Positions 8,518 to 17,445 of a stretch of DNA of 19,455 nucleotides are shown here, one piece after another. Numbering within the stretch: the first letter of the stretch is position 1; each line of letters starts with the position of its first letter. The translations under genes were made by a program, and so were the position numbers. A model generated the notes under the pieces. The model saw nothing but the letters and a program-made list of their open reading frames with translations, was not told where the DNA came from and ran no database searches. Origin of the DNA: Thermodesulfobacteriota bacterium (GTDB lineage Bacteria; Desulfobacterota_D; UBA1144; Nemesobacterales; N074bin48); NCBI GenBank assembly GCA_041572575.1, contig JBFFSH010000046.1:1-19455 (forward strand), read 5' to 3'.

Positions 8518-9657
8518 TTAATACCTAGGCATATCCAGATCGTGAGTACTTGCCCAGGCGTCAATTCCCCCGGCAAGGCTCTTGGATTTCTTAAAACCCA
8601 TACCTCTTAGAAGTCTCGTAGCCTGCAGGCTTCTCATGCCGTGATGGCAGTGCACTACTATCTCGTCTGCCGTATCCAGCTCGTTTACTCTTGAAGCAAG
8701 TTCTCCAAGCGGGATGAGTTTTGCTTCATGAAACTTACAGATATCGTATTCGTGATCTTCTCTTACGTCCAAAAGCACGAAATCTTTATTGGATTCTCTA
8801 ATTTCCTTAAACTCATCTATTGTGATTTCCATATCCCCTGCGTCTTCTTCCTCGCCCCTGCCAATTCCGCAGAACTCTTCATAATCTATAAGTTCCTTAA
8901 TTGTAGCATTTTCACTGCATATAGGGCAGTTCTTGTCTTTACGTAGGGTTAGTTCATCAACCTTCATTTCCAATACATCCATGAAAAGAAGTCTTCCTAT
9001 CAGATGGCTTCCCTTTCCGATGATAAGCTTAATTGCTTCGGCTGCCTGCATGGTACCTATAATTCCGGGAAGAATTCCCAGTACTCCGCCCTCTGCACAG
9101 CTTGGTACTAATCCCGGAGGTGGAGGCTCGGGATAAAGACACCTGTAGCACGGGCCTCTCTTTGCATCGAACACGCTTACCTGGCCTTCAAACCTGAATA
9201 TACTTCCGTACACGTTTGGTATTCCAAGAAGCACACAAGTGTCATTGACAAGATATCTTGTAGCAAAATTATCTGTGCCGTCGATAACGAGGTCGTAGCC
9301 CTTAAAAATTTCCATCGAGTTATCGCTCGACAGTCTTTCATTATATGTAGTTATGTTTATATCAGAGTTAAGCTCGAGCAGGCGTTCCTTTGCCGATTCT
9401 ACCTTTAGAACACCTATATTATCTTCACTATGAATTATCTGTCTTTGCAGGTTGCTGAAATCCACTACATCAAAATCCAGTATTCCCAAATTTCCGACGC
9501 CTGCTGCTGCAAGGTAAAGTGCTAGTGGAGAACCGAGCCCGCCTGCGCCTATGCACAGCACTTTTGAGTTTACTAGTTTTTCCTGTCCTTCTACGCCAAC
9601 CTCAGGCATTATGAGGTGTCTTGAGTACCTGCTTATTTGATCATTGGTTAAGCCCAT
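8518..9657 (-). CDS. moeB: Sulfur-carrier protein adenylyltransferase with C-terminal rhodanese domain (MoeB/MoeZ type)
   Basis: RYSRHLIMPEVG, GAGGLG, DFSNLQRQ, DGTDNF, PCYRC and CPIC zinc pairs, SCAEGGVLG, and a rhodanese domain with LLDVRE, CHHGMRS and LAGGIDAW. Confidence 0.95.
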   Translation of the reverse strand: MGLTNDQISRYSRHLIMPEVGVEGQEKLVNSKVLCIGAGGLGSPLALYLAAAGVGNLGILDFDVVDFSNLQRQIIHSEDNIGVLKVESAKERLLELNSDINITTYNERLSSDNSMEIFKGYDLVIDGTDNFATRYLVNDTCVLLGIPNVYGSIFRFEGQVSVFDAKRGPCYRCLYPEPPPPGLVPSCAEGGVLGILPGIIGTMQAAEAIKLIIGKGSHLIGRLLFMDVLEMKVDELTLRKDKNCPICSENATIKELIDYEEFCGIGRGEEEDAGDMEITIDEFKEIRESNKDFVLLDVREDHEYDICKFHEAKLIPLGELASRVNELDTADEIVVHCHHGMRSLQATRLLRGMGFKKSKSLAGGIDAWASTHDLDMPRY

Positions 9658-9692
9658 TTAAAATACCTTCCATTTATGTGTTTAGACCGTAC

Positions 9693-9720
9693 AATCTAAT
9701 ACATTAATTTAATTTTTCAA
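9693..9720 (-). promoter_or_regulatory. Possible sigma70-type promoter for moeB
   Basis: Minus strand TTGAAA-16 nt-TAGATT upstream of the GGAAGGT RBS. The region is very AT-rich, so a chance match is possible. Confidence 0.3.
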
Positions 9721-9802
9721 TATGGTCTGGTTATTATTTTGATTTTATTTACTACAAAAAGATTCGGCAGTAGTGTACGGCTCAATTAATAATAGATTAG
9801 AG

Positions 9803-10957
9803 ATGGCAAATAACTTAACAGAAAAAGATATATCGGAGTACAGAAAACTATTCCCCGTTACTGAAAAATATATATACCTCGACCATGCCGGAGTAGCTCC
9901 CATATCCACAAGGGTGCGTGACAGAGTAGATGGTTTTATAAACTCTGCTCTATATAAAGGAGTGGCTGATTATGACTATTTTATGGAAGGAGTGGAATGC
10001 GTAAGGGCCGACTTTGCTAAACTCCTGAATTCTGGTATCGAAGAGATTGCATTTATAAAGAACACTTCCCATGGGCTGTCTCTTCTTGCAAAGGGAATAG
10101 AATGGAAAGCCGGTGACAATATTATTATCTTTGATAAGGATTTTCCCACTAATGTATATACATGGCTTGATCTGCAAAGGGTGGGAGTGGAGGTAAGGCA
10201 GGTACCGCTTATAGACGGTACGGTGGATTTAAATGAGATTAAAAAACATATAGATTCTAATACAAGGCTTCTGAGTGTAAGCTCTGTACAGTTTACAAGT
10301 GGTTATAGGGCTGACTTAAAATCTATTGGACAAATATGCAAAAACAACAATTTGATTTTTTGTGTAGACGCCATTCAGAGTCTTGGCATAGTACCTATGG
10401 ATGTAAAAGAGCTTGGAATTGATTTCCTTGCAGCAGACGGGCATAAGTGGCTTCTAAGCCCAGAGGGTACGGGGATATTGTATTGCAGTGAGAGGATCGT
10501 AAAGGATATACATCCAGTACTTCTGGGATGGAAAAGCATTGTGAATGACGCAGAGTATGAATCAATCGACCCAGAGCTTAAACCAAATGCCATAAAGTTT
10601 GAAGAGTCATCGTTTAATGTGCTTGGTATCTTTGCCCTTGGAGCAAGTATTGAGCTACTTCTTGAAATCGGAATAGAAAATGTGTGTGAAAGAATTCAGT
10701 ATCTTGGAGATATTATCATAGATGAGGCTCAGAAAAGAGGTTTTAAAGTGAACACTCCGGTATCAAAAGATCAAAGGGCCGGGATTATATCATTTTGCGG
10801 AGATTTTGATTCTGCTCAGTTAAGAGACTCATTATTAGATAGAAATGTTATTGTAAATGTGCGAGGAGGAGGCCTTAGGGTTGCTCCTCATTTTTATAAT
10901 ACAAAAGATGATGTACATGCCCTTTTTAAACAAATCGATGAGATTTTATTATCTTGA
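9803..10957 (+). CDS. Class V PLP-dependent enzyme (cysteine desulfurase-like or C-S lyase-like)
   Basis: YIYLDHAGVAP, NTSHGL, VDAIQSLG, ADGHKWLLSPEGTG (PLP lysine), LRVAPHFYNT. I prefer ATG 9803 over the track's GTG at 9773. Confidence 0.9.
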   Translation: MANNLTEKDISEYRKLFPVTEKYIYLDHAGVAPISTRVRDRVDGFINSALYKGVADYDYFMEGVECVRADFAKLLNSGIEEIAFIKNTSHGLSLLAKGIEWKAGDNIIIFDKDFPTNVYTWLDLQRVGVEVRQVPLIDGTVDLNEIKKHIDSNTRLLSVSSVQFTSGYRADLKSIGQICKNNNLIFCVDAIQSLGIVPMDVKELGIDFLAADGHKWLLSPEGTGILYCSERIVKDIHPVLLGWKSIVNDAEYESIDPELKPNAIKFEESSFNVLGIFALGASIELLLEIGIENVCERIQYLGDIIIDEAQKRGFKVNTPVSKDQRAGIISFCGDFDSAQLRDSLLDRNVIVNVRGGGLRVAPHFYNTKDDVHALFKQIDEILLS

Positions 10958-10993
10958 TTTTATCTCCGTTATGACACTCAATAGGAAAGTGTA

Positions 10994-13240
10994 TTGGATT
11001 TATTAGATATAGTACTCTCAAAAAAAGTAGTTGTCGCAGCCGCTGTAGCGCTGGTGGTTTCGGTGTTTCTCACTTTCTTTCCGCTCATTGGCACACTTGG
11101 GTTTGAATACTCTGTCATTATGGCGTTTTTTATGTCCTTTGTGTCTATATTTATTTCGGCTGAATATATAAACCTGGATCTTAAGAAAAAGTATCCTATG
11201 AGAAAGAGATATTCAGACCTTATCTCAACAAGTTTTTTCATTAATTTTATTATTTTGTTGATCCCGTTTTTGGTGGGTCTTATCTCGTCACTTATAAAGT
11301 CAGATTGTTATCTAAGAGAAGGGCTTGCATTTTTTCTTCTTATCACAACCATAACAGTGTTTTTTGCCTCGACCCTGGGGCTTCTTATTGGATATTTCTT
11401 TCCAAAAAGAGGATTTTTTCTGGGCTCGCTTTGCGTGTTTGCCATAATTATTTATTCCCTATATGTACTTTACTCCCAGCCGCCTGTGTTTTCTTATAAT
11501 CATATATTCGGCCTTTTTCCAGGGCCAATATACGACCAGATAATCCTCATTGATGAAAAAATTCTTACTTTTAGAGCGGTAACAATATGTTGGGGGATTT
11601 TCTTTTTACTCGTTTTAAAACTTATTCATGATTACAGGTTTAGATATATAGGTATAGGAACCGTTGCGCTCTTTATATTTATAAGCCTTATAATCACAGC
11701 TTATAAGATATATGAAAACAACCTTGGAATTAAGCACACGAGGCACTATATCCAAAACACTATTTTTAAGGACTATTTTGAGACAGAGCATTTTATTATT
11801 TATTTTCCCCTTGGTACAGAGGTATCTCAAAACATAGAGCTAATTGCACTCGATCATGAATGGCAATACGCACAGCTGACTGAGTATCTTAATGTTTCTC
11901 CCGAAAAGAAAATAGTCTCATACATATATGCAGACGAAAAAACCAGAAAGAAAATTATAGGAGCCGGACAGACTACCATTGCAAACCCCATACACAGTGA
12001 AATCCATCTGGTATACGGTTTCTACCCACATCCTGTGCTAAAGCATGAGCTTGTGCATATATTGTCATCCGAATTTGCATCAGGAATATTGAAAATAAGC
12101 CCAAAGGTTGGTCTTATTGAGGGACTGGCCGTTGCTGCAGACTGGGATAACAGCGATGGATTTGATCCCGATCAGTGGTCTGCCGCCATGCTTAAAAGTG
12201 ATAATAATATCGATATACAAAATATTCTAGGTTATGGATTCTGGGCGGCGGCTTCTTCTAAAAGCTATACTCTTATGGGATCTTTCGTAAGGTTTTTGAT
12301 AAGTGAATATGGTATTGAAGATTTTAAGACTGTTTATAATACCGGTGATTTTAGTGTGTATGAAACTGACTTAAGCGCTTTAATTAATCAGTGGAAGGAT
12401 CATCTGGGAACTGTAGAAATTGCTAAATCTGCCCGGGCTCTTTCAAAACATAAGTACAGTAAACCTGGTATATTTGATGACAGCTGTCCCCGTAAAAGTT
12501 CGCACCTTGCCGATGTAGGTATCTCAGAGTTTGAAAAGGGCAATTATTATGAGGCCGTACAGTCATTTAAAAAAGCTTTGAATTATAATCCAAGAAGTAA
12601 CAGAATTTTGGAATCTCTGGCATATTCTTATTATTATGATAAAGATTTTCATAACCTATCAAAAATTGCCGAAAGAAAAACAAGAGTGTCGCAAGTTTCT
12701 CGAGATATTATTTTAAACCTTATCGGTACATATCACTGGACAAGAGGTGATTCGGATAAAGGCCGTGAAATTTTCAGCAGCCTGTACAATAATCCCTTGC
12801 CTGTCGATATTCAAAATGAACTCAGTATAAAGCTTGATTCACTTACAAAAAATGATGACAGTCAGCAAGGCCTAAAACAATACTATATGACAAAAAAAGA
12901 GCTTAGGCGCATCTCGGCACTAGATAGATTAACAAAGCAATACCCCGATTATGCAGTTCCTTACTACCTGCTTGGAAAACTGTTTTTTAATAAATGGGAA
13001 TTTGATATTGCAAGGGACTACCTGCTGCACTCTGAGAGGCTTGGCCTGCCAACAGATAAATTAAAACTGGAAAATTCAAGATTACTCGGTATTTCTTTAT
13101 ATGCCGGCGGGCAGTATGATAAAGCACGTATGACGTTTGAGGGTATTTATGAAAATCGAAAAAGTGGAAGATATGGCAGTGTGGCTGCCGATTTTATTAA
13201 AAGATCGAAATGGGCAAAAATTTATTCATTTAATAAGTGA
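10994..13240 (+). CDS. Multi-pass membrane protein with gluzincin-type (HExxH...E) metallopeptidase domain and C-terminal TPR-like repeats
   Basis: Six to seven hydrophobic helices in the first ~235 aa, ETEHFIIY, LKHELVH at 12038-12058 followed 20 residues later by EGLA, then TPR-like GNYYEAVQSFKKALNYNP and YPDYAVPYYLLGKLFF. TTG start with AGGA upstream. Confidence 0.75.
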   Translation: MDLLDIVLSKKVVVAAAVALVVSVFLTFFPLIGTLGFEYSVIMAFFMSFVSIFISAEYINLDLKKKYPMRKRYSDLISTSFFINFIILLIPFLVGLISSLIKSDCYLREGLAFFLLITTITVFFASTLGLLIGYFFPKRGFFLGSLCVFAIIIYSLYVLYSQPPVFSYNHIFGLFPGPIYDQIILIDEKILTFRAVTICWGIFFLLVLKLIHDYRFRYIGIGTVALFIFISLIITAYKIYENNLGIKHTRHYIQNTIFKDYFETEHFIIYFPLGTEVSQNIELIALDHEWQYAQLTEYLNVSPEKKIVSYIYADEKTRKKIIGAGQTTIANPIHSEIHLVYGFYPHPVLKHELVHILSSEFASGILKISPKVGLIEGLAVAADWDNSDGFDPDQWSAAMLKSDNNIDIQNILGYGFWAAASSKSYTLMGSFVRFLISEYGIEDFKTVYNTGDFSVYETDLSALINQWKDHLGTVEIAKSARALSKHKYSKPGIFDDSCPRKSSHLADVGISEFEKGNYYEAVQSFKKALNYNPRSNRILESLAYSYYYDKDFHNLSKIAERKTRVSQVSRDIILNLIGTYHWTRGDSDKGREIFSSLYNNPLPVDIQNELSIKLDSLTKNDDSQQGLKQYYMTKKELRRISALDRLTKQYPDYAVPYYLLGKLFFNKWEFDIARDYLLHSERLGLPTDKLKLENSRLLGISLYAGGQYDKARMTFEGIYENRKSGRYGSVAADFIKRSKWAKIYSFNK

Positions 13241-13249
13241 GTCATTAGT

Positions 13250-13744
13250 ATGAAAAAAATTGGTTTTGTAAGCATAATTTGCACAGTATTTGTAATACTG
13301 GATCAGATATCCAAATATCTGATAGTAAAGAGTGTTCCGCTCTATGGAAAAATTTCATTACTGCCGTTTTTTGATATTGTTCATATCAGAAACCCCGGGG
13401 TGGCATTTGGATTTTTAAGTAACCTTCCCGAAAATTTCAGGTTCTATTTCTTTATTCTCGTTTTCATTATAGCATTGGTTTTGATATCTGCTTTTATATA
13501 TAACACTCCGTTTAAAGAGAAGATCATGATCGTTTCGCTCTCTTTAATACTTAGCGGTGCTATAGGAAATTCCATAGACAGGCTAAGGCAGGGTTATGTC
13601 ACAGACTTTTTGGACTTTCACTGGTTTGGAGATCCTAATCTTCACTGGCCTCCTTTTAATGTAGCAGATTCATGTATTACAATCGGGGTTATACTATTAA
13701 TAGCATGCACTTTGTTTTTTACTGAAAATAGGGAAAAGGCATAA
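13250..13744 (+). CDS. lspA: Lipoprotein signal peptidase II
   Basis: LDQISK, RNPGVAFG, GAIGNSIDR, VTDFLD and WPPFNVADSCITIG motifs. Confidence 0.97.
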   Translation: MKKIGFVSIICTVFVILDQISKYLIVKSVPLYGKISLLPFFDIVHIRNPGVAFGFLSNLPENFRFYFFILVFIIALVLISAFIYNTPFKEKIMIVSLSLILSGAIGNSIDRLRQGYVTDFLDFHWFGDPNLHWPPFNVADSCITIGVILLIACTLFFTENREKA

Positions 13745-14397
13745 TGTTTACAGGTCTTGTAGAAGGGATAGCAAAAGTAAAAGATCTAAAAAAAGGATCA
13801 AAAGAAGTTGTTCTCACTTTTGAGTCCAAAGATGTTGATCTTAAGGGTATAGCGCTTGGTGACAGCATTGCTATAAATGGAATTTGTCTAACAGTGGTTT
13901 CTTTTAAAGGCAGTACATTTTCTGTAGAGGCGTCCCATGAGACACTTAGTAAAACCAGCCTTGGCAAGCTTCGCAGGGGATCTGCAGTTAACATGGAAAG
14001 ATCGCTAAGGGTTGGCGACAGGCTGGGAGGTCATTTTGTAACTGGTCATGTGGACGGAACTGCCAGGATAAGCTCGGTAACCCCTGTTGGCAGGTCGGTG
14101 GAAATCTGGGTTTCTGTGTCAGATGAGTTAGCGAAATATATTGTAGAAAAGGGCTCAGTGGCAATTGACGGAATAAGCCTCACGGTAAATGAGGTTAAAA
14201 GGGAATCTTTTTCAGTAAACATTATTCCTCATACGCAGGATAAGACCACTTTACAAAGTGCAAAAGCGGGTGATACCGTGAATATCGAATGTGATATTAT
14301 AGGTAAGTATGTAGAGAAATTTGTCTCGATAGGAAAAGATGGAGATAAAGACAAAAGACTTAGAGGACTTTTGGAAAACTTTGGAAAAGAAAAATAA
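13744..14397 (+). CDS. ribE: Riboflavin synthase (alpha chain)
   Basis: MFTGLVE start, GDSIAINGICLTV, GGHFVTGHVDG, KGSVAIDGISLTV, VNIECDIIGKYV. TAATG overlap with the lspA stop. Called ribC in E. coli nomenclature. Confidence 0.97.
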   Translation: MFTGLVEGIAKVKDLKKGSKEVVLTFESKDVDLKGIALGDSIAINGICLTVVSFKGSTFSVEASHETLSKTSLGKLRRGSAVNMERSLRVGDRLGGHFVTGHVDGTARISSVTPVGRSVEIWVSVSDELAKYIVEKGSVAIDGISLTVNEVKRESFSVNIIPHTQDKTTLQSAKAGDTVNIECDIIGKYVEKFVSIGKDGDKDKRLRGLLENFGKEK

Positions 14398-14893
14398 TAT
14401 TTATCTTATAGGATTTATGGGGGCAGGCAAAACTACCGTAGGCAGAATTCTTTCCAGCAATATTGGTGCAGTCCTGGTGGATATGGATTTAGAAATTGAA
14501 AAACAGCAGGGTGTTGCCATTTCACAAATCTTCGAAGAGCAGGGTGAGCCATATTTCAGAGCAATTGAAACAGAGATGTTAAGGGATATATCTCAAAGGT
14601 CCGGTCAGGTTGTATCGACCGGAGGCGGGATAGTGATTAAAGATGAGAACTGGGATATTATGAAAGAATCAGGTGTTACGGTTTACCTAAAAGCCTCTAT
14701 TGAAACCCTGTTTAACAGAGTAAAACACAAAACCACAAGACCGCTTCTAAACGTGGATGATCCATATACAAAGGCAAAAGAGCTTTTTGAATCACGCAGA
14801 GAACTCTACGAAAAATCAGATATAATCCTGGACAGGGAAGGGCTTGAGCCTGAGGAAGTAGCCGAGGCTATTGTAAAAGAAATTGAAGCTTAA
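14381..14893 (+). CDS. aroK: Shikimate kinase
   Basis: IYLIGFMGAGKTTVG, GEPYFRAIE, VVSTGGG, RPLL. I prefer TTG at 14381 (MEKKNNIYL) over ATG 14339, which would overlap ribE by 59 nt. Confidence 0.95.
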   Translation: MEKKNNIYLIGFMGAGKTTVGRILSSNIGAVLVDMDLEIEKQQGVAISQIFEEQGEPYFRAIETEMLRDISQRSGQVVSTGGGIVIKDENWDIMKESGVTVYLKASIETLFNRVKHKTTRPLLNVDDPYTKAKELFESRRELYEKSDIILDREGLEPEEVAEAIVKEIEA

Positions 14894-14901
14894 TTATGAT
14901 A

Positions 14902-16146
14902 TTAGAATATATCTCCAAAATATTCCCTAAACTTATTTGCCGAAATATTGGTGACTTTATTTATCTTTCTTAATTTTTTCTGATCTTGAAGGTCTTCTTT
15001 TTCTAGCCTTATCATATATTTTCTTGCCACTTCATAAGACTCTGTGTTTATATCAACATATCTTATTTTGGTTTTACCGGTGCGGCTATCAATGAGCTTA
15101 TCAAACCCTATAGGTACCATTTTGCCCCTTTGAATTGTCACCATGGCATCACTTCCGCCCTGCAGTAAAAATTTTACTGCGCTGTAGCCAAGGTCCCTTG
15201 TGTACTTTGCATCAAATGGGATGGGTGGGGCAGAGCGCAGCTCATACCCGATTCTTTTGTCCACTATCCTTATATCTATTCCCATCTCTACTAATTTCCT
15301 TGTAGATTCTTTTTTAAGTAGCTGTCCCAGATCTAATTCTGAAAAACGTACCCTGCCAAATTCATCCTTTTGAAGATCTTGCAGGTGAGAGAGGCTGTTT
15401 TCATCGAGTATATTGGCTATACCCTCCGATATAATTGCAACCCCGTGTTCATTGCCGTCGGCAAGCCTTTTGATGACAGACCCCGCCAGTATCTTTACGA
15501 CACTGTCAAGACTTATTTTCTTTCTTCCAAACTCTTCGGGTATTACGCTTATCGTAGCGCTTGCAGCTCTTCCAATCCCAAGCGCCAGGTGTCCTGTTTT
15601 TCTTCCCATTGTTACAACAAAAAACCACCTCTTTGTAGTCCTTGCGTCTTCCATGAGGTTTTGTACTTCCCTTGTGCCAATGTGTCTTGCTGTCTCAAAT
15701 CCAAAAGTGGGAATATATCCTGGAAGCGCGATGTTGTTGTCTATAGTCTTTGGAACGTGTGCAATCTTTAACCTGCCCCTGCTTGCCCTGGATAACTCGT
15801 TTGCTAAAAAAAGTGTTCCATCTCCTCCAATTGCTATGAGATAGTCTACTTTCAATTTCTTGAGCGTTGATATGACATTTGCCATACTCTGTTTTGACTG
15901 AGTGGGATTGTCTCTTGAGATACCAATTATCGAGCCGCCGGTGTTGTGTATCCTGGAGGTATTATTAATAGTAAGATTAGTAATCTTGGTCCAGTCTTTT
16001 TTTATAAGCCACTTGAATCCGTCCAGAATTCCAATGACTTTCAGTCCCCTGTTTACAGCCTCAATTGTGGCAGCGCTTATAACCCCGTTTATTCCCGGAG
16101 CAGGGCCGCCTGCCGTAAGTATTGCTAAAGTCTCTTTTTTTCTCAT
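14902..16146 (-). CDS. pfk: Phosphofructokinase family A enzyme; scaffold resembles the PPi-dependent 'short' clade, phosphoryl donor uncertain
   Basis: GGPAPGIN, IGGDGT, HVPKTIDNN, TFGFETAR, MGRKTGHLALG, IPEEF and IGYELRSAPP motifs. Confidence 0.93.
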   Translation of the reverse strand: MRKKETLAILTAGGPAPGINGVISAATIEAVNRGLKVIGILDGFKWLIKKDWTKITNLTINNTSRIHNTGGSIIGISRDNPTQSKQSMANVISTLKKLKVDYLIAIGGDGTLFLANELSRASRGRLKIAHVPKTIDNNIALPGYIPTFGFETARHIGTREVQNLMEDARTTKRWFFVVTMGRKTGHLALGIGRAASATISVIPEEFGRKKISLDSVVKILAGSVIKRLADGNEHGVAIISEGIANILDENSLSHLQDLQKDEFGRVRFSELDLGQLLKKESTRKLVEMGIDIRIVDKRIGYELRSAPPIPFDAKYTRDLGYSAVKFLLQGGSDAMVTIQRGKMVPIGFDKLIDSRTGKTKIRYVDINTESYEVARKYMIRLEKEDLQDQKKLRKINKVTNISANKFREYFGDIF

Positions 16147-16152
16147 AGCTCT

Positions 16153-16854
16153 CTAATGATAATACTTGGTTTTAATATTACTTAGAAGTTTATATCCTTT
16201 TTTCTGAAATGATTTGGCTAAAATTAACCCTCCTACAAATCCCCCTATATGAGCCCAGAATGCGACTCCGCCAACATCACCCCCAATAGAAAGCGCTCCT
16301 ATGCCGCTTAGAAGCTGAAAACCAAACCAGAGCAGAATATATACAAATGCCGGAAGATGGACAAATTGAAGAAAAATAAATACGGGAATTACAGTGAGAA
16401 TCTTTGCTCTAGGAAAGAACAGCAGATATGCGGCCAAAACCCCGGATATTGCGCCGCTTGCTCCCACCATTGGTATCTGAGAGCTGAGGTTGGTTGCAAT
16501 CTGAAAAAATGCTGCAATAAACCCAGTGAACACATAGAACATCAGATACTTAAAATGGCCCATTCTGTCCTCTACATTGTCTCCAAATACATACAAAAAG
16601 AGCATGTTGCCGATTATGTGCATCCAACCACCGTGAAGGAACATAGAGCTTATAAATGGAAAGAACCTGTCCGAAAATGACAGGCTCGTTTTTGAAAACA
16701 GATTGGCCGGTACGAGGCCGTAATGGTATATAAATTCATTTACGCGGTCTCCAAGCGTAAGCTGGAAGAAAAATATTAATATGTTAACGGTAATTAATGT
16801 TATATTAATAAACGGAAACGAGTTTGATTTTGTGGTATCCCTAAGTGGTATCAT
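16153..16854 (-). CDS. Rhomboid family intramembrane serine protease
   Basis: SMFLHGGWMHIIGNMLFL, FGDNVEDRMG, catalytic GASGA and AFWAHIGGFVGG. Confidence 0.96.
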   Translation of the reverse strand: MIPLRDTTKSNSFPFINITLITVNILIFFFQLTLGDRVNEFIYHYGLVPANLFSKTSLSFSDRFFPFISSMFLHGGWMHIIGNMLFLYVFGDNVEDRMGHFKYLMFYVFTGFIAAFFQIATNLSSQIPMVGASGAISGVLAAYLLFFPRAKILTVIPVFIFLQFVHLPAFVYILLWFGFQLLSGIGALSIGGDVGGVAFWAHIGGFVGGLILAKSFQKKGYKLLSNIKTKYYH

Positions 16855-16944
16855 TTATTGACCGGATAAAATATTCATTTATATACATTATTTAAACTAG
16901 GTACATCTAAGACTAACACATTGTTATTAAAGTAATTTATAAAA

Positions 16945-17436
16945 ATGAAATTTCTAGTTTTAAGATCGGATTTAAAAAGAAAGTTAAAATATATAAATCT
17001 TCTCATTATAGATGCAGAGATATTCGCAGCGGAGATCAAAGAAGCCGGTGGGCTGCTTTGTGAGAAGATTGAGCCCGATAACCTTAAGAGTCTGCTCGAA
17101 AAAAATATGAGAATTGTGCTCAGTTCCAACACACTAAACGGAGGCTACGACAATCTTGTAAATGGAAGTGATATTAAATATATACCTCTTGACGGGCTTT
17201 CATATAAAGAGTTTATCGAAAGACTCTGCGCTGACTACGGGCTAAATAACACCCAGGTGGCATTTATAAACAAAACCGAGCAGGATAATGATCTGCTCTC
17301 GGGTCTAAATTTTTCAGTTGCTACAATAGACGCCCCACTCGAGCTAAAAACAGCTTCCTATTATGTAAGCAATTTTACAGGTACCGATACATTGAATGAA
17401 ATACTCCAGATAATCAATCAGGCAAAAAACGGTTAA
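16945..17436 (+). CDS. Degenerate HAD-fold protein related to KdsC/YrbI phosphatases
   Basis: LKYINLLIIDAE resembles KdsC IKLLILDVD. YGLNNTQVAFINKTEQD...FSVATIDAPLELKTASYYVS...LNEILQIINQAK parallels the KdsC C-terminal half. Alignment made from memory. Confidence 0.6.
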   Translation: MKFLVLRSDLKRKLKYINLLIIDAEIFAAEIKEAGGLLCEKIEPDNLKSLLEKNMRIVLSSNTLNGGYDNLVNGSDIKYIPLDGLSYKEFIERLCADYGLNNTQVAFINKTEQDNDLLSGLNFSVATIDAPLELKTASYYVSNFTGTDTLNEILQIINQAKNG

Positions 17437-17445
17437 ACTCAGTCT

